A stretch of DNA of 55,736 nt from an uncultured Planctomycetia bacterium (GTDB lineage Bacteria; Omnitrophota; Gorgyraeia; JABMRG01), in the NCBI GenBank assembly GCA_964506565.1, contig CAZDLP010000001.1, forward strand, positions 2,139-57,874. Direction: 5' to 3'. Each line of letters opens with the position of its first letter. The first letter of the stretch is position 1. Under the pieces are notes generated by a model. It did not search any database and was not told the origin of the DNA. It was given only the letters and a program-made list of their open reading frames with translations. The position numbers and the translations under genes are program-made. This document shows, piece after piece, positions 24,851-34,214 of the stretch.

Positions 24851-25459
24851 CTATTTAAAATATTTTTGTTTGTACTCTTCTAGTAATCTTGTGGCATCTT
24901 CCTCGCATTGGCCGCATACGGTGCCTATTTTTGTCTGCTCCTGAAGCTTCCGATATGTGTCTGCACCCTCTTTAACAGCGTTCTCTATCTCGTGGTTTGT
25001 AACATTCATGCATTTACATATAACGCGTGAGTCTTCTCTTGCTGTCACACCTTGTGTACCGCTACGCTTGTGGTAATCATCTATCGCGGCGCGCAGGGCC
25101 TTGTCTCCAAGCACGGAACAATGTATCTTATGCTCCGGAAGGCCTCCTAGGTCTTTAACGATATCCTTGGGTGTTAGCTTGTACGCATCCTCTAAACTCA
25201 TGCCCTTTACATGCTCTGAGAGTATTGAGGTACTTGCTATAGCACTGGCACAACCATACGTCTTCCATTTGCAATCTGTTATTATTTTGCTTTTACTATC
25301 AACCTTTATAACCATCAACATCTGGTCTCCACATTGTACATTTCCTACAAGGCCCCTACCATCCTCATCATACGATGATTCGTCTTCTAATATATTCTTT
25401 GGATTTGTAAAATGCTCTTTAACCTTTTTTGTATAAACCCATTTTATAGGCTCTGTCAT
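24851..25459 (-). CDS. nifU: NifU/IscU-type Fe-S scaffold with a BFD-like [2Fe-2S] domain
   Basis: 202 aa with IscU-like Cys residues (GNVQCGD, YGCASAI, HCS) and the BFD-like motifs 'CKCMNVT...CGQC'. Confidence 0.85.
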   Translation of the reverse strand: MTEPIKWVYTKKVKEHFTNPKNILEDESSYDEDGRGLVGNVQCGDQMLMVIKVDSKSKIITDCKWKTYGCASAIASTSILSEHVKGMSLEDAYKLTPKDIVKDLGGLPEHKIHCSVLGDKALRAAIDDYHKRSGTQGVTAREDSRVICKCMNVTNHEIENAVKEGADTYRKLQEQTKIGTVCGQCEEDATRLLEEYKQKYFK

Positions 25460-25463
25460 GTCT

Positions 25464-26651
25464 TCACCTTTTATTGGAATATGTTGATGACATACTCCTA
25501 ACCTTTTTGATTACAGCGGGCAGTCTCTCTATTACATAATCTATATCGCTCTCATCTGTCTCTCGGCCCAGGCTAAAACGTATAGCGCCATGGGCTCTTT
25601 CATGGTCAGCATCCGTAGCAAGTAATACGTGTGAAGGAGCCAAGGAACCTGACGCGCAAGCGGAGCCTGTCGATACAGCGATACCTTCTATGTCAAGATA
25701 AAGAAGTACGGCCTCACCTTCGGCGCCCTTAAAAGATACGTTCAATGTACCTGGCAAGGAATCCTCCGGATGGCCATTGAAACTAATATCCGGTACGTTT
25801 TTCTCAATAGCATCCCTTAGTCTATGTTTTAGCTTAACAAGCCTTTCAGCCTCGGGTATCATCTCCTTGGCCCTGGCATCCATAGCACTTGCCATTCCTA
25901 TAATACCAAGGGTATTCTCCGTGCCTGCGCGACGGCCTCTTTCCTGATGCCCACCGGTTATAAACGGACAGAATGGGACCCCGTTTTTAGCATACAACGC
26001 GCCTACGCCTTTTGGCCCGTATATCTTATGCGCTGAAAATGATAAGAAATCCACATCAAGCTCTTTTACATCAACGGGGATCTTCCCTACCGCCTGGACA
26101 GCGTCTGTATGGAATAGCGCTCCATTTGCATGGGCGATTTCTACAATAGTCTTAATATCCTGCATTGTGCCTATCTCATTATTTGCCATCATAATAGAGA
26201 TCAGCATAGTCTTGTCTGATATCTTCTCCCTTAATTCATCCATGTTAAGCTTGCCATATTTATCAACGCCTACATGTATTATAGACGCGCCTTTCTGCTG
26301 CACGCATTTTGATGTTTCAAGTATGCAAGGGTGTTCTATTTGAGATATAATGCTCTGGTGCCTGCCTTTGCATGTACTATCACATATAGCGGAGCAGCAT
26401 GATACCATATTTAAAACAGTATTATTCGCCTCTGAGCCGCTTCCGACAAATATTATCTCATCGGCCTGGGCATTTATGAACTTAGCTATACGATTACGCG
26501 CGTCATCAAGTGTTGCTTTTGCCTCTCTTCCAAAGCTATGCATACTGGAAGCATTGCCATATATTTCAAAGGCCTCTTTAAGCACCTTTTTCACATCAGG
26601 GTGCAATGGAGTTGTAGCGTTATTATCCAGATAGACTCTTCTATCTTCCAT
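25464..26651 (-). CDS. nifS: Cysteine desulfurase NifS/IscS
   Basis: 395 aa with PLP lysine 'SFSAHKIYGPKG' and active site 'STGSACASG'. Confidence 0.9.
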   Translation of the reverse strand: MEDRRVYLDNNATTPLHPDVKKVLKEAFEIYGNASSMHSFGREAKATLDDARNRIAKFINAQADEIIFVGSGSEANNTVLNMVSCCSAICDSTCKGRHQSIISQIEHPCILETSKCVQQKGASIIHVGVDKYGKLNMDELREKISDKTMLISIMMANNEIGTMQDIKTIVEIAHANGALFHTDAVQAVGKIPVDVKELDVDFLSFSAHKIYGPKGVGALYAKNGVPFCPFITGGHQERGRRAGTENTLGIIGMASAMDARAKEMIPEAERLVKLKHRLRDAIEKNVPDISFNGHPEDSLPGTLNVSFKGAEGEAVLLYLDIEGIAVSTGSACASGSLAPSHVLLATDADHERAHGAIRFSLGRETDESDIDYVIERLPAVIKKVRSMSSTYSNKR

Positions 26652-27087
26652 CCTTAAAACCCTTCTCTTGCTCTCTCATCTTAAGCAAATCCTTCAATGT
26701 ATAACTGCTAAAATACTTATCCATATTATCTCTTAAACCTATCCAGAAATCCCTTACTTTACAATCGTTGAAATGTATGCAATCTTTTCTTCTTGCTTTT
26801 TCGCGATCGCATACAAGCTTAAGAACTCTTTTTTCTATAGCTATAACTATATCCCTTGCCATTATCTTTTCAGGGGGACTTGAAAGGACATACCCTCCCC
26901 TTGCCCCTCTTACGCTCTTTACTATTCCATTCTTTTTAAGCGCGCGGAGCAACTGCTCTACATAATCGTAAGCAAGCTTCTCTCTTCTCGCTATAAAAGC
27001 AACTGGTATAGGCTGCTTTTCTTTATACATACTTGCCAATACTATAGCGCATGAAAGCGCGTAATCTAACCTGGAACTTATCTTCAT
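26641..27087 (-). CDS. Rrf2-family regulator (IscR-like)
   Basis: 148 aa starting 'MKISSRLDYALS', with 'VRGARGGY'. It is the first gene of the nifS-nifU group. Confidence 0.8.
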   Translation of the reverse strand: MKISSRLDYALSCAIVLASMYKEKQPIPVAFIARREKLAYDYVEQLLRALKKNGIVKSVRGARGGYVLSSPPEKIMARDIVIAIEKRVLKLVCDREKARRKDCIHFNDCKVRDFWIGLRDNMDKYFSSYTLKDLLKMREQEKGFKDGR

Positions 27088-27095
27088 AGTGGGTG

Positions 27096-27124
27096 AGTAT
27101 ACTATATCCGCTACTTTTTGTCAA
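27096..27124 (-). promoter_or_regulatory. Sigma70-like promoter giving a leaderless or near-leaderless IscR-like mRNA
   Basis: On the minus strand, TTGACA - 17 nt - TATACT. Only 8 nt (cacccact) separate it from the ATG, and there is no SD. Confidence 0.55.
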
Positions 27125-27150
27125 GTATTATTTTTGCATGATTTACGCGA
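27122..27150. repeat. 29-nt exact repeat (copy 1), just upstream of and overlapping the -35
   Basis: caagtattatttttgcatgatttacgcga is identical to 39390..39418. Both copies are followed by acgaag. Confidence 0.8.
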
Positions 27151-27194
27151 ACGAAGTGAGAGTAAATTATATGCAAAAACATCTCCTATTACAG

Positions 27195-27242
27195 CAAGAA
27201 CGGTTCTCAAGCACAAGTACCCGTGCTCAAGAACCGTTCTTG
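27195..27242. terminator. Long hairpin downstream of hldD (12 bp + 5 bp stems)
   Basis: caagaacggttc...gaaccgttcttg is a perfect 12-bp pair with an inner agcac/gtgct stem. There is no U tract on either strand. Confidence 0.45.
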
Positions 27243-27250
27243 AAGCTATT

Positions 27251-28219
27251 TTACAAGTACTCGTTTTTATTTAGATATTTAACGTAATCTTTAACAGCCT
27301 CGTTTATATCCGTGGTCTTATAATCGCAACCTGTTCTTCTTAACTTTGAAAGATCCGCCTCTGTAAAATACTGGTAATGATCTTTTATATTATCCGGCAT
27401 ATCGAAATATTCTATATTCGGCTCAAGCCCTAGCGCGGCGAACAAGGCACCGGCGAGCTCATTCCATGTATGGGAATGGCCTGTACCTATATTGACTATT
27501 CCGTTTTTGCCTGGGTTATCTATAAAATACCATACCATCTCAAGGGCATCTTTTATATATATAAAATCTCTTCTTTGCTCTCCATCACCGTATCCGTCCT
27601 TGTGAGATTTAAATAACCTTAACTTTCCTGTATCCTTTATCTGATGGTAACCTTTATTTACCATGCTGCGCATATCGGCTTTATGATATTCATTCGGGCC
27701 GTATACATTAAAGAATTTAAAACCAACTAAGCTCTCCTGCAGTTTATTCTCAAGAACCCATAAATCAAATATCTGCTTTGACCTGCCATATTCATTTAAA
27801 GGCCTAAGGCGCGGGGCAAGCTCATCGTCATCAGAGTAACCAAGTTCTCCGGCCCCGTATGTTGCGGCGCTGCTTGCGTAAAGAAAACGCTTATTATTTT
27901 TAAGCGACCACTGGGCAAGCTCTTTTGAATAGAGATAGTTGTTTTTCTTAAGATATTCTATGTCTATCTCTGTTGTATCGGCACAAGCCCCGAAATGGAC
28001 TATCATATCTATAGACTTATCGAGCTTATCGCTTTCAGCTTGCTTAAGAAACTCATCACGCTCGATATAACCTATTATCTTCTTATACTTAAGATTATCT
28101 GAATGCTTATTCTCGTCACCCACGTCTACAACAATAACATCGTCTATCCCCTGCTCATTGAGCTTGCCAACCAAACAACTTCCTATAAAACCGGCCCCGC
28201 CTGTTACTACAACTCTCAT
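27251..28219 (-). CDS. hldD: ADP-L-glycero-D-manno-heptose 6-epimerase
   Basis: 322 aa with 'VVTGGAGFIGS' and overall HldD-like motifs (YGRSK). Confidence 0.8.
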   Translation of the reverse strand: MRVVVTGGAGFIGSCLVGKLNEQGIDDVIVVDVGDENKHSDNLKYKKIIGYIERDEFLKQAESDKLDKSIDMIVHFGACADTTEIDIEYLKKNNYLYSKELAQWSLKNNKRFLYASSAATYGAGELGYSDDDELAPRLRPLNEYGRSKQIFDLWVLENKLQESLVGFKFFNVYGPNEYHKADMRSMVNKGYHQIKDTGKLRLFKSHKDGYGDGEQRRDFIYIKDALEMVWYFIDNPGKNGIVNIGTGHSHTWNELAGALFAALGLEPNIEYFDMPDNIKDHYQYFTEADLSKLRRTGCDYKTTDINEAVKDYVKYLNKNEYL

Positions 28220-29079
28220 AATATCTCCTTGCTTATATACTCTTCCGCCATATAAGAACTTCTTACATAAGGCGCGCTAGCAACAAATCGAAAGCCTGCC
28301 TCTTTACCTTTTTGCTTGTAGAAATCGAATATTTCAGGCCTTATATATTCCTTAACAGGGTAATGGCTCTTGCTAGGTGCTAAATATTGGCCTATGCTAA
28401 GAAAATTGCATTCAGATCTTCTCAAGTCCTGAAAAAGATCCAGCACTTCATTCTCCTTTTCGCCAAGTCCAACCATAATCCCGCTCTTTGTATAGATATT
28501 ACCGCCTGATACCTCCTTGGCTATCTTTAATACCTCCAGAGAGCGGCTATAATCAGCCTCTGGCCTTACCTCCGGGTATAATCTTGGCACAGTCTCAAGA
28601 TTATGATTTATGATATCAGGAATAGAATCCGTGACTATCTTTATAGAAGAGCTATCCCCATTAAAATCCGGGATAAGAACCTCAATAGTAGTGCTGTTAC
28701 AGGATCCCCGAATAGCAAGTACCGTCTCCGCAAACTGCCTCGCGCCCCCATCTTTTAGATCATCGCGTGTAACGCTTGTAATTACTACGTGACGTAGCCC
28801 TAAGCGCAAAACAGCTTCCGCAATATGGGCTGGCTGCATATCATCGATAGGCAATGGCAATTCATGGCCGATATTACAGAACCTGCAACTTCTTGTGCAG
28901 TTTTGCCCCAGGATCATAAAGGTCGCTATGCCTTTTTTAAAGCACTCTGATATATTAGGGCATGCCGCTTCCTCGCAGACAGTATGCAGGTTTAAATCTC
29001 TCAAAAGCCGCTGCATATTATTGCAGTCCCGTAAATTTATTTTTTTATTAAGCCACGCGGGCCTTTGGGCTACTTGCAT
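28216..29079 (-). CDS. lipA: Lipoyl synthase
   Basis: 287 aa with 'CEEAACPNISEC' and the radical SAM motif 'CTRSCRFC'. Confidence 0.9.
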   Translation of the reverse strand: MQVAQRPAWLNKKINLRDCNNMQRLLRDLNLHTVCEEAACPNISECFKKGIATFMILGQNCTRSCRFCNIGHELPLPIDDMQPAHIAEAVLRLGLRHVVITSVTRDDLKDGGARQFAETVLAIRGSCNSTTIEVLIPDFNGDSSSIKIVTDSIPDIINHNLETVPRLYPEVRPEADYSRSLEVLKIAKEVSGGNIYTKSGIMVGLGEKENEVLDLFQDLRRSECNFLSIGQYLAPSKSHYPVKEYIRPEIFDFYKQKGKEAGFRFVASAPYVRSSYMAEEYISKEIL

Positions 29080-29869
29080 TTCTGTATAAGTTCCATTCTT
29101 CTCTTTTGTATTTCTCTTCTAACAAATGCCCGCTAAGGGCTTCTTCTCTTTTGCTCAGGCCCTCCCTAGCAATATCTACATTAAAGGTCTGTTTAAAAGA
29201 TTTTATAAGCAGGTCCCTTAATCTATTGTATGAGATATCCTGACCCAGGGCGTCGCTTAACGAAGTAATATTCGCCTTATCAATCGCTGAGGAATCACGC
29301 AACAAAAGAAGCGCCTTGTTGAGATCAGATTTCAAAGGTATAGAACCATGCTGAAATATCATACCCTTTTTACGTCTCTGGGCATTGCCGCCTATCTTCT
29401 TTCCATTAATAAGGATGTCGTATCTTTCTCTATTGGCGAAGCAGAACCAGCTCTTAGACTGCCTTGCAGTCTCTTGTAGGGCATATTCTGCCTCAAGGCC
29501 CAGACTCTTATATGCCTCTACTATAAATGAGCAGAGAAACCTATATGTCTCTTTGTAAAAAGTGCGGGCAGATAAATCTTGTTCTCTACAGACTATACTA
29601 TAGGTAAGCTCACTCTTGTGAAATATCACGCCCCCGCCTGTTATTCTACGCACAAAATCTATCCCTTCAATCCTGCATCTATCAAGATCGAGCTCATCAT
29701 CGGGGTTTTGAAAATAGCCGATTGAAAAGGCCTGTGGATCCCAGCCGTATATTCTTAGTACAGGCATTCTCTCTTCTGCGCTATCATATGCCTCAAGCAA
29801 GGCCTCATCTATGGCCATATTAAAATGGCAACCAAGATAACCTGTATCTATTACTCTCCACGTCTTCAT
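29048..29869 (-). CDS. Lipoate-protein ligase / BPL-LPL catalytic-domain protein
   Basis: 273 aa with 'RRITGGGVIFH' and 'GKKIGGNAQRR'. Confidence 0.8.
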   Translation of the reverse strand: MKTWRVIDTGYLGCHFNMAIDEALLEAYDSAEERMPVLRIYGWDPQAFSIGYFQNPDDELDLDRCRIEGIDFVRRITGGGVIFHKSELTYSIVCREQDLSARTFYKETYRFLCSFIVEAYKSLGLEAEYALQETARQSKSWFCFANRERYDILINGKKIGGNAQRRKKGMIFQHGSIPLKSDLNKALLLLRDSSAIDKANITSLSDALGQDISYNRLRDLLIKSFKQTFNVDIAREGLSKREEALSGHLLEEKYKREEWNLYRNASSPKARVA

Positions 29870-29893
29870 ATCAAGAACCGTTTTATATTTAAT

Positions 29894-31345
29894 CTATACT
29901 GATTTCCAGCGAAGGTTTAAATCGCGAGCTGCCTTTGTCTCATCAAGGCGCTTAACAGGCATGGTCTGCGGTGCGGTTGTAAGCTTTTTGGGATCACTCT
30001 CCGCAAGCTTTGCTGCCTCTATCATAATCTCTATAAACCCGTCTATCGTCTCTTTTGATTCTGTTTCAGTCGGCTCTATCATCATAGCCTCTTTAACAAT
30101 AAGCGGAAAATATATAGTAGGAGGATGGACCCCTTTATCAATAAGGTATTTCGCGATATCTAGCGCATGAATACCATTTTTTAATTGCCTTGAGGCGGAA
30201 AAGACGCACTCATGCATGCACCCCTTGTTAAAAGCCGGCTTATAATAATCCTTAAGCCGTGACAATATATAATTGGCGTTTAGGACCGCGTATTCACTCG
30301 CTCTTATCAGGCCCTCTTTACCTAAGACAAGCATATATACATATGCCTTAAGTATAACCGCGAAATTTCCATAAAACGGGGCGATATAGCCTATAGACTC
30401 TTTATTATTATAATTCAGATACAATGCGCCACCGGGGCGCTTCATGACTCTTGATACAGGTAAAAATTCAACGACACTCTTACTAACGCCTACAGGCCCC
30501 GCGCCGGGACCCCCTCCGCCATGTGGGGTCGCGAATGTCTTATGCAGATTAAGGTGCACAACATCAAAACCGATATCCCCCGGGCGGCACTTTCCCATTA
30601 TAGCGTTTAGATTAGCCCCGTCGTAATAGACAAGCGCGCCGACATCATGGGCAAGGTCAGTAATCTCTTTTATCTTGCTATTAAACAATCCTAACGTATT
30701 AGGACATGTCAGCATAACCGCAGCGGTATCTTCATTAAGCTTCTGCTTAAACTCCTTTATATCCATGCAACCGTCTTTATCGGTCTTTACTACTATAACA
30801 TCATACCCTGCTATAGCGGCGCTTGCGGGATTAGTCCCATGCGAAGAATCAGGCACTATAATATGCTTTCTGCGCGCGCCTTTGCTCTTGTGATATGCCG
30901 CGATAAGCATAACACCTGTAAGCTCTCCATGAGCACCTGCCAATGGCTGCATGGTAAATGCCTCCATGCCTGTAATCTCACAAAGAAGCTTCTCTGTATT
31001 ATATATTATTTCCAGCGCCCCTTGCGTAAGCCTTCCGCCGCCTAAAAGCTGTGGAATAAGAGGGTGAAGCTCCAAAAAACCGGCGATATTTACTACCTTT
31101 TCTGTAAATTTTGGATTATATTTCATTGTGCAGGAACCTAGCGGATAAAAATTACTATCCACTGAAAAGTTCATGCGTGATAAATTAGTAAAGTGGCGCA
31201 CAACATCAAGCTCAGAGACTTCAGGGAGATTAGCCTTACATTTTCTGCTATATTGAGCAGGCATCTCCTGCTGTTTAGCTACATCGGACTGAGGCAGTTT
31301 AAAACCCCTTCTTCCCTTTACGCTCTTTTCATATATTAATCGCAT
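29894..31345 (-). CDS. gcvPB: Glycine dehydrogenase (decarboxylating) subunit 2
   Basis: 483 aa with PLP lysine 'NLHKTF' and the gcv operon context. Confidence 0.9.
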   Translation of the reverse strand: MRLIYEKSVKGRRGFKLPQSDVAKQQEMPAQYSRKCKANLPEVSELDVVRHFTNLSRMNFSVDSNFYPLGSCTMKYNPKFTEKVVNIAGFLELHPLIPQLLGGGRLTQGALEIIYNTEKLLCEITGMEAFTMQPLAGAHGELTGVMLIAAYHKSKGARRKHIIVPDSSHGTNPASAAIAGYDVIVVKTDKDGCMDIKEFKQKLNEDTAAVMLTCPNTLGLFNSKIKEITDLAHDVGALVYYDGANLNAIMGKCRPGDIGFDVVHLNLHKTFATPHGGGGPGAGPVGVSKSVVEFLPVSRVMKRPGGALYLNYNNKESIGYIAPFYGNFAVILKAYVYMLVLGKEGLIRASEYAVLNANYILSRLKDYYKPAFNKGCMHECVFSASRQLKNGIHALDIAKYLIDKGVHPPTIYFPLIVKEAMMIEPTETESKETIDGFIEIMIEAAKLAESDPKKLTTAPQTMPVKRLDETKAARDLNLRWKSV

Positions 31346-32673
31346 AATATTTTTTCCAATGTTTCCGCGAATTTTTCTATCTCTTCTTTTGTCCTCTTCT
31401 CTGTAACAGCCACGAGAAGATAATTGTTCATACCCTTGTAAAATCTCCCCAATGGAAAGCCCGCGGCAAACCCCTTATCTATCATCTTTTGCACCACAAC
31501 ATCAGCATTCTTATTAAGAACAAGCGTAAATTCATTAAATGTGGGCGAGCTCCTTTTAACCTCCACACCGGATATCTTTCCAAGTATATTTTTCGCGAAT
31601 TCACTCTTATCATGATTAAGCTTTGAGAGCTCTACGATACCCTCTTTGCCTAAAAGTGAAACATATATCGATGCCCTCAAGGCGCATAACGCCTCGTTTG
31701 AGCATATATTCGACGTGGCTCTCTCCCGCCTTATATGCTGCTCTCTTGCCTGCAGCGTTAAAACAAAGCCTCTCTTTCCATCCTTATCAGTCGTGGCACC
31801 GACAATCCTGCCCGGCATCTTTCTGACATAATCCTTTTTGCAAGCCATAATCCCCAGATAAGGCCCTCCGAAGGAAAGCGGAATACCTAAACTTTGCCCC
31901 TCTCCTGTGGCTATATCAACACCCATCTCGCCTGGAGTCTTAAGCACACCTAATGATAACGGATAGATACTCATTATCGCCAACGCGCCAAATGAATGGG
32001 CCTTTTCTATAACATCTGAATGGTCGTCAATCGCACCAAAGAAATTAGGATTCTGAACTATAACAGCCGCTGTCTTTTCATCAAGGTGCTTGTATATCTC
32101 ATCACGTGAACTTTGGCCATGCACTACAGGGGTCTCTATAAACTCTATATTAAGATTTGACGTATATGTATAAAGCATGGTTCTGTATATAAGGCTCACG
32201 CCGCTGTCCATTATTATCTTATTTCTGCCGGTAACCCGTATAGCCATCATGGCCGCTTCGTACAGGGCTGTGCCTCCATCATATAAAGACGCGTTCGCGT
32301 AATCCAAGCCTGTAAGCTCACATATCGCGCTTTGGTACTCATAAATAGACTGTAGCCAGCCTTGTGAGGATTCGGACTGATATGGTGTATAAGCTGTGTA
32401 AAATTCAGGCCGGCCGATAATAGCGTCTACCGCGGCCGGGATATAGTGATCGTAAAAACCCGCCCCGATAAAATTCGTAAGATATGTCGCGTTCTTTGAC
32501 GCGAGTTCATTCATATGCTCTATTACTTCAAATTCTGACTTGCCCTTAGGTATATCAAAAGACTTAGGTCTTAGATTAGGGCTTATATCCTTAAATAACT
32601 CGCCTATGGAGGATATGCCTATCGCGTCAAGCATCTCCTTGGTCTCTTCTTTTGTATGGGGAATATAGGTCAC
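31336..32673 (-). CDS. gcvPA: Glycine dehydrogenase (decarboxylating) subunit 1
   Basis: 445 aa with the typical 'AYTPYQSE' motif. Confidence 0.9.
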   Translation of the reverse strand: MTYIPHTKEETKEMLDAIGISSIGELFKDISPNLRPKSFDIPKGKSEFEVIEHMNELASKNATYLTNFIGAGFYDHYIPAAVDAIIGRPEFYTAYTPYQSESSQGWLQSIYEYQSAICELTGLDYANASLYDGGTALYEAAMMAIRVTGRNKIIMDSGVSLIYRTMLYTYTSNLNIEFIETPVVHGQSSRDEIYKHLDEKTAAVIVQNPNFFGAIDDHSDVIEKAHSFGALAIMSIYPLSLGVLKTPGEMGVDIATGEGQSLGIPLSFGGPYLGIMACKKDYVRKMPGRIVGATTDKDGKRGFVLTLQAREQHIRRERATSNICSNEALCALRASIYVSLLGKEGIVELSKLNHDKSEFAKNILGKISGVEVKRSSPTFNEFTLVLNKNADVVVQKMIDKGFAAGFPLGRFYKGMNNYLLVAVTEKRTKEEIEKFAETLEKILCD

Positions 32674-33060
32674 TTAAGCTAGCCCTTCTACATAATTTTT
32701 GTAATCCGAAGCAGTCATGAGACTATCCTTCTCCGCTTCATCTGTTATATCAATAGCAACAAACCAGCCTTTCTCATAAGGTGACTGGTTAACAATTTCC
32801 GGCGCGTCTACTATATCCTGATTTAGCTTCTTTACCCTGCCTGATAACGGCATATAAACATCTGAAGCCGCCTTAACAGATTCTACTGTCGCAAGCGTAT
32901 CTGTCTGTTTTATCTCAGTGCCTTCTTCAGGCAGGTCTACAAACGTAATATCGCCTAAAGAATTCTGCGCGTAATCTGTTATGCCGATTAGCGCTAAGGC
33001 GCCTTCAATCTTTACCCATTCATGTTCCTTCGTGTACAACAATCCTTCCGGTATATTCAT
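32674..33060 (-). CDS. gcvH: Glycine cleavage system H protein
   Basis: 128 aa with the lipoyl-lysine motif 'VESVKAASD'. Confidence 0.9.
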   Translation of the reverse strand: MNIPEGLLYTKEHEWVKIEGALALIGITDYAQNSLGDITFVDLPEEGTEIKQTDTLATVESVKAASDVYMPLSGRVKKLNQDIVDAPEIVNQSPYEKGWFVAIDITDEAEKDSLMTASDYKNYVEGLA

Positions 33061-34154
33061 TTGCGCGCACTCCCTGACTTGTAAAATGGTTTATCCGTTA
33101 TTTGAGCTGCAAGCTCTGACCTATAATTCTTTACAGCGATCTTTAAACCCAGCCAGTCATAGCCATTCTCCACATAACCTATGCCTATGCCAAAACCAAG
33201 GCTTGGTGAGAATGATCCGCTTGTAACCTGGCCTACTTCTTTTTTTTCTGATATAATCTTATCATCATGACGTGGGCTGCGTCTTGTATCTGAAATAAAT
33301 GATACAAGTTTTTTATTGAGCCCCTGCTCCCGTTGCTCTAAAAGGATATCTTTACCGATAAAATCCTTCTTAAAATCCACAAATCTATCAAGGCCTGCTT
33401 CTAAAGGCGTTGTATCTTCACTTATGTCCTGTCCATATAAGGGCAGTCCCATTTCAAGGCGTAGAGTATCCCTGGCGCCAAGACCTGCCGGCCTTACTTT
33501 TTCACTCTTAAGCAGCCTATTCCACAGTTCTAAAGCCTGCTCCGAATCTATATATATCTCAAACCCTAGCTCGCCGGTATAACCGGTACGGCTGACAATA
33601 GCCTTTTTATTTAGGATCGTTAACTCCAAAAAACTAAAATATTTTAGGGCCAAAATATTCGGACCAAGAAATCCAGTCAGGACATCCCGCGATACAGGCC
33701 CTTGGAGATCGAGCTTCGCGGTATGATCCGATATGTCATCTAATGTGGCTTCCGTAGAGAGGTTACTTTTGATATGATTAAAATCTTTACACCTTGTAGC
33801 AGCATTTACAACAAGCATAAATTTTTCCTGTTCAAGCCTGTATACTATCAAGTCATCTATTATGCCGCCTTCTTTATTAAGCATAAAACCGTATTTACAG
33901 CTTCCTAATGGCAGAGTTGAGACATTAAATGTAACTATATTATCCAAACCGCTTCCTATGGCGTCGCCATGGATAATAAACTCCCCCATATGACATATAT
34001 CGAATAGAGACGCGGATTCACGGGTCCAATTGTGCTCGGCGATAATCCCTTCATATTGAATAGGCATAAGCCAGCCTCCAAAAGGCGCGAACTTAGCGCT
34101 TAGATCATCGTGTAGCTTAAATAAGGGGGTCTGTTTTAATCTTGTTTGTTCCAT
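33057..34154 (-). CDS. gcvT: Glycine cleavage system aminomethyltransferase T
   Basis: 365 aa with 'TPLFKLH', 'GGWLMPIQY' and 'RTGYTGE'. Confidence 0.9.
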   Translation of the reverse strand: MEQTRLKQTPLFKLHDDLSAKFAPFGGWLMPIQYEGIIAEHNWTRESASLFDICHMGEFIIHGDAIGSGLDNIVTFNVSTLPLGSCKYGFMLNKEGGIIDDLIVYRLEQEKFMLVVNAATRCKDFNHIKSNLSTEATLDDISDHTAKLDLQGPVSRDVLTGFLGPNILALKYFSFLELTILNKKAIVSRTGYTGELGFEIYIDSEQALELWNRLLKSEKVRPAGLGARDTLRLEMGLPLYGQDISEDTTPLEAGLDRFVDFKKDFIGKDILLEQREQGLNKKLVSFISDTRRSPRHDDKIISEKKEVGQVTSGSFSPSLGFGIGIGYVENGYDWLGLKIAVKNYRSELAAQITDKPFYKSGSARK

Positions 34155-34182
34155 TTAAATAATATGGGGTTTAAGAGAAATT

Positions 34183-34211
34183 ATTATAACATAATGCCGG
34201 ATAATTAGTAA
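34183..34211 (-). promoter_or_regulatory. Sigma70-like promoter for the gcv-lpl-lipA genes
   Basis: On the minus strand, TTACTA - 17 nt - TATAAT, 28 nt before the gcvT ATG. No SD is visible. Confidence 0.45.
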
Positions 34212-34214
34212 AGA

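Noticed and set aside
34155-34214. Expected glycine riboswitch upstream of gcvT
   Set aside because: The intergenic gap is only 60 nt and is filled by a promoter-like TTACTA-17-TATAAT. That leaves no room for even a single glycine aptamer.
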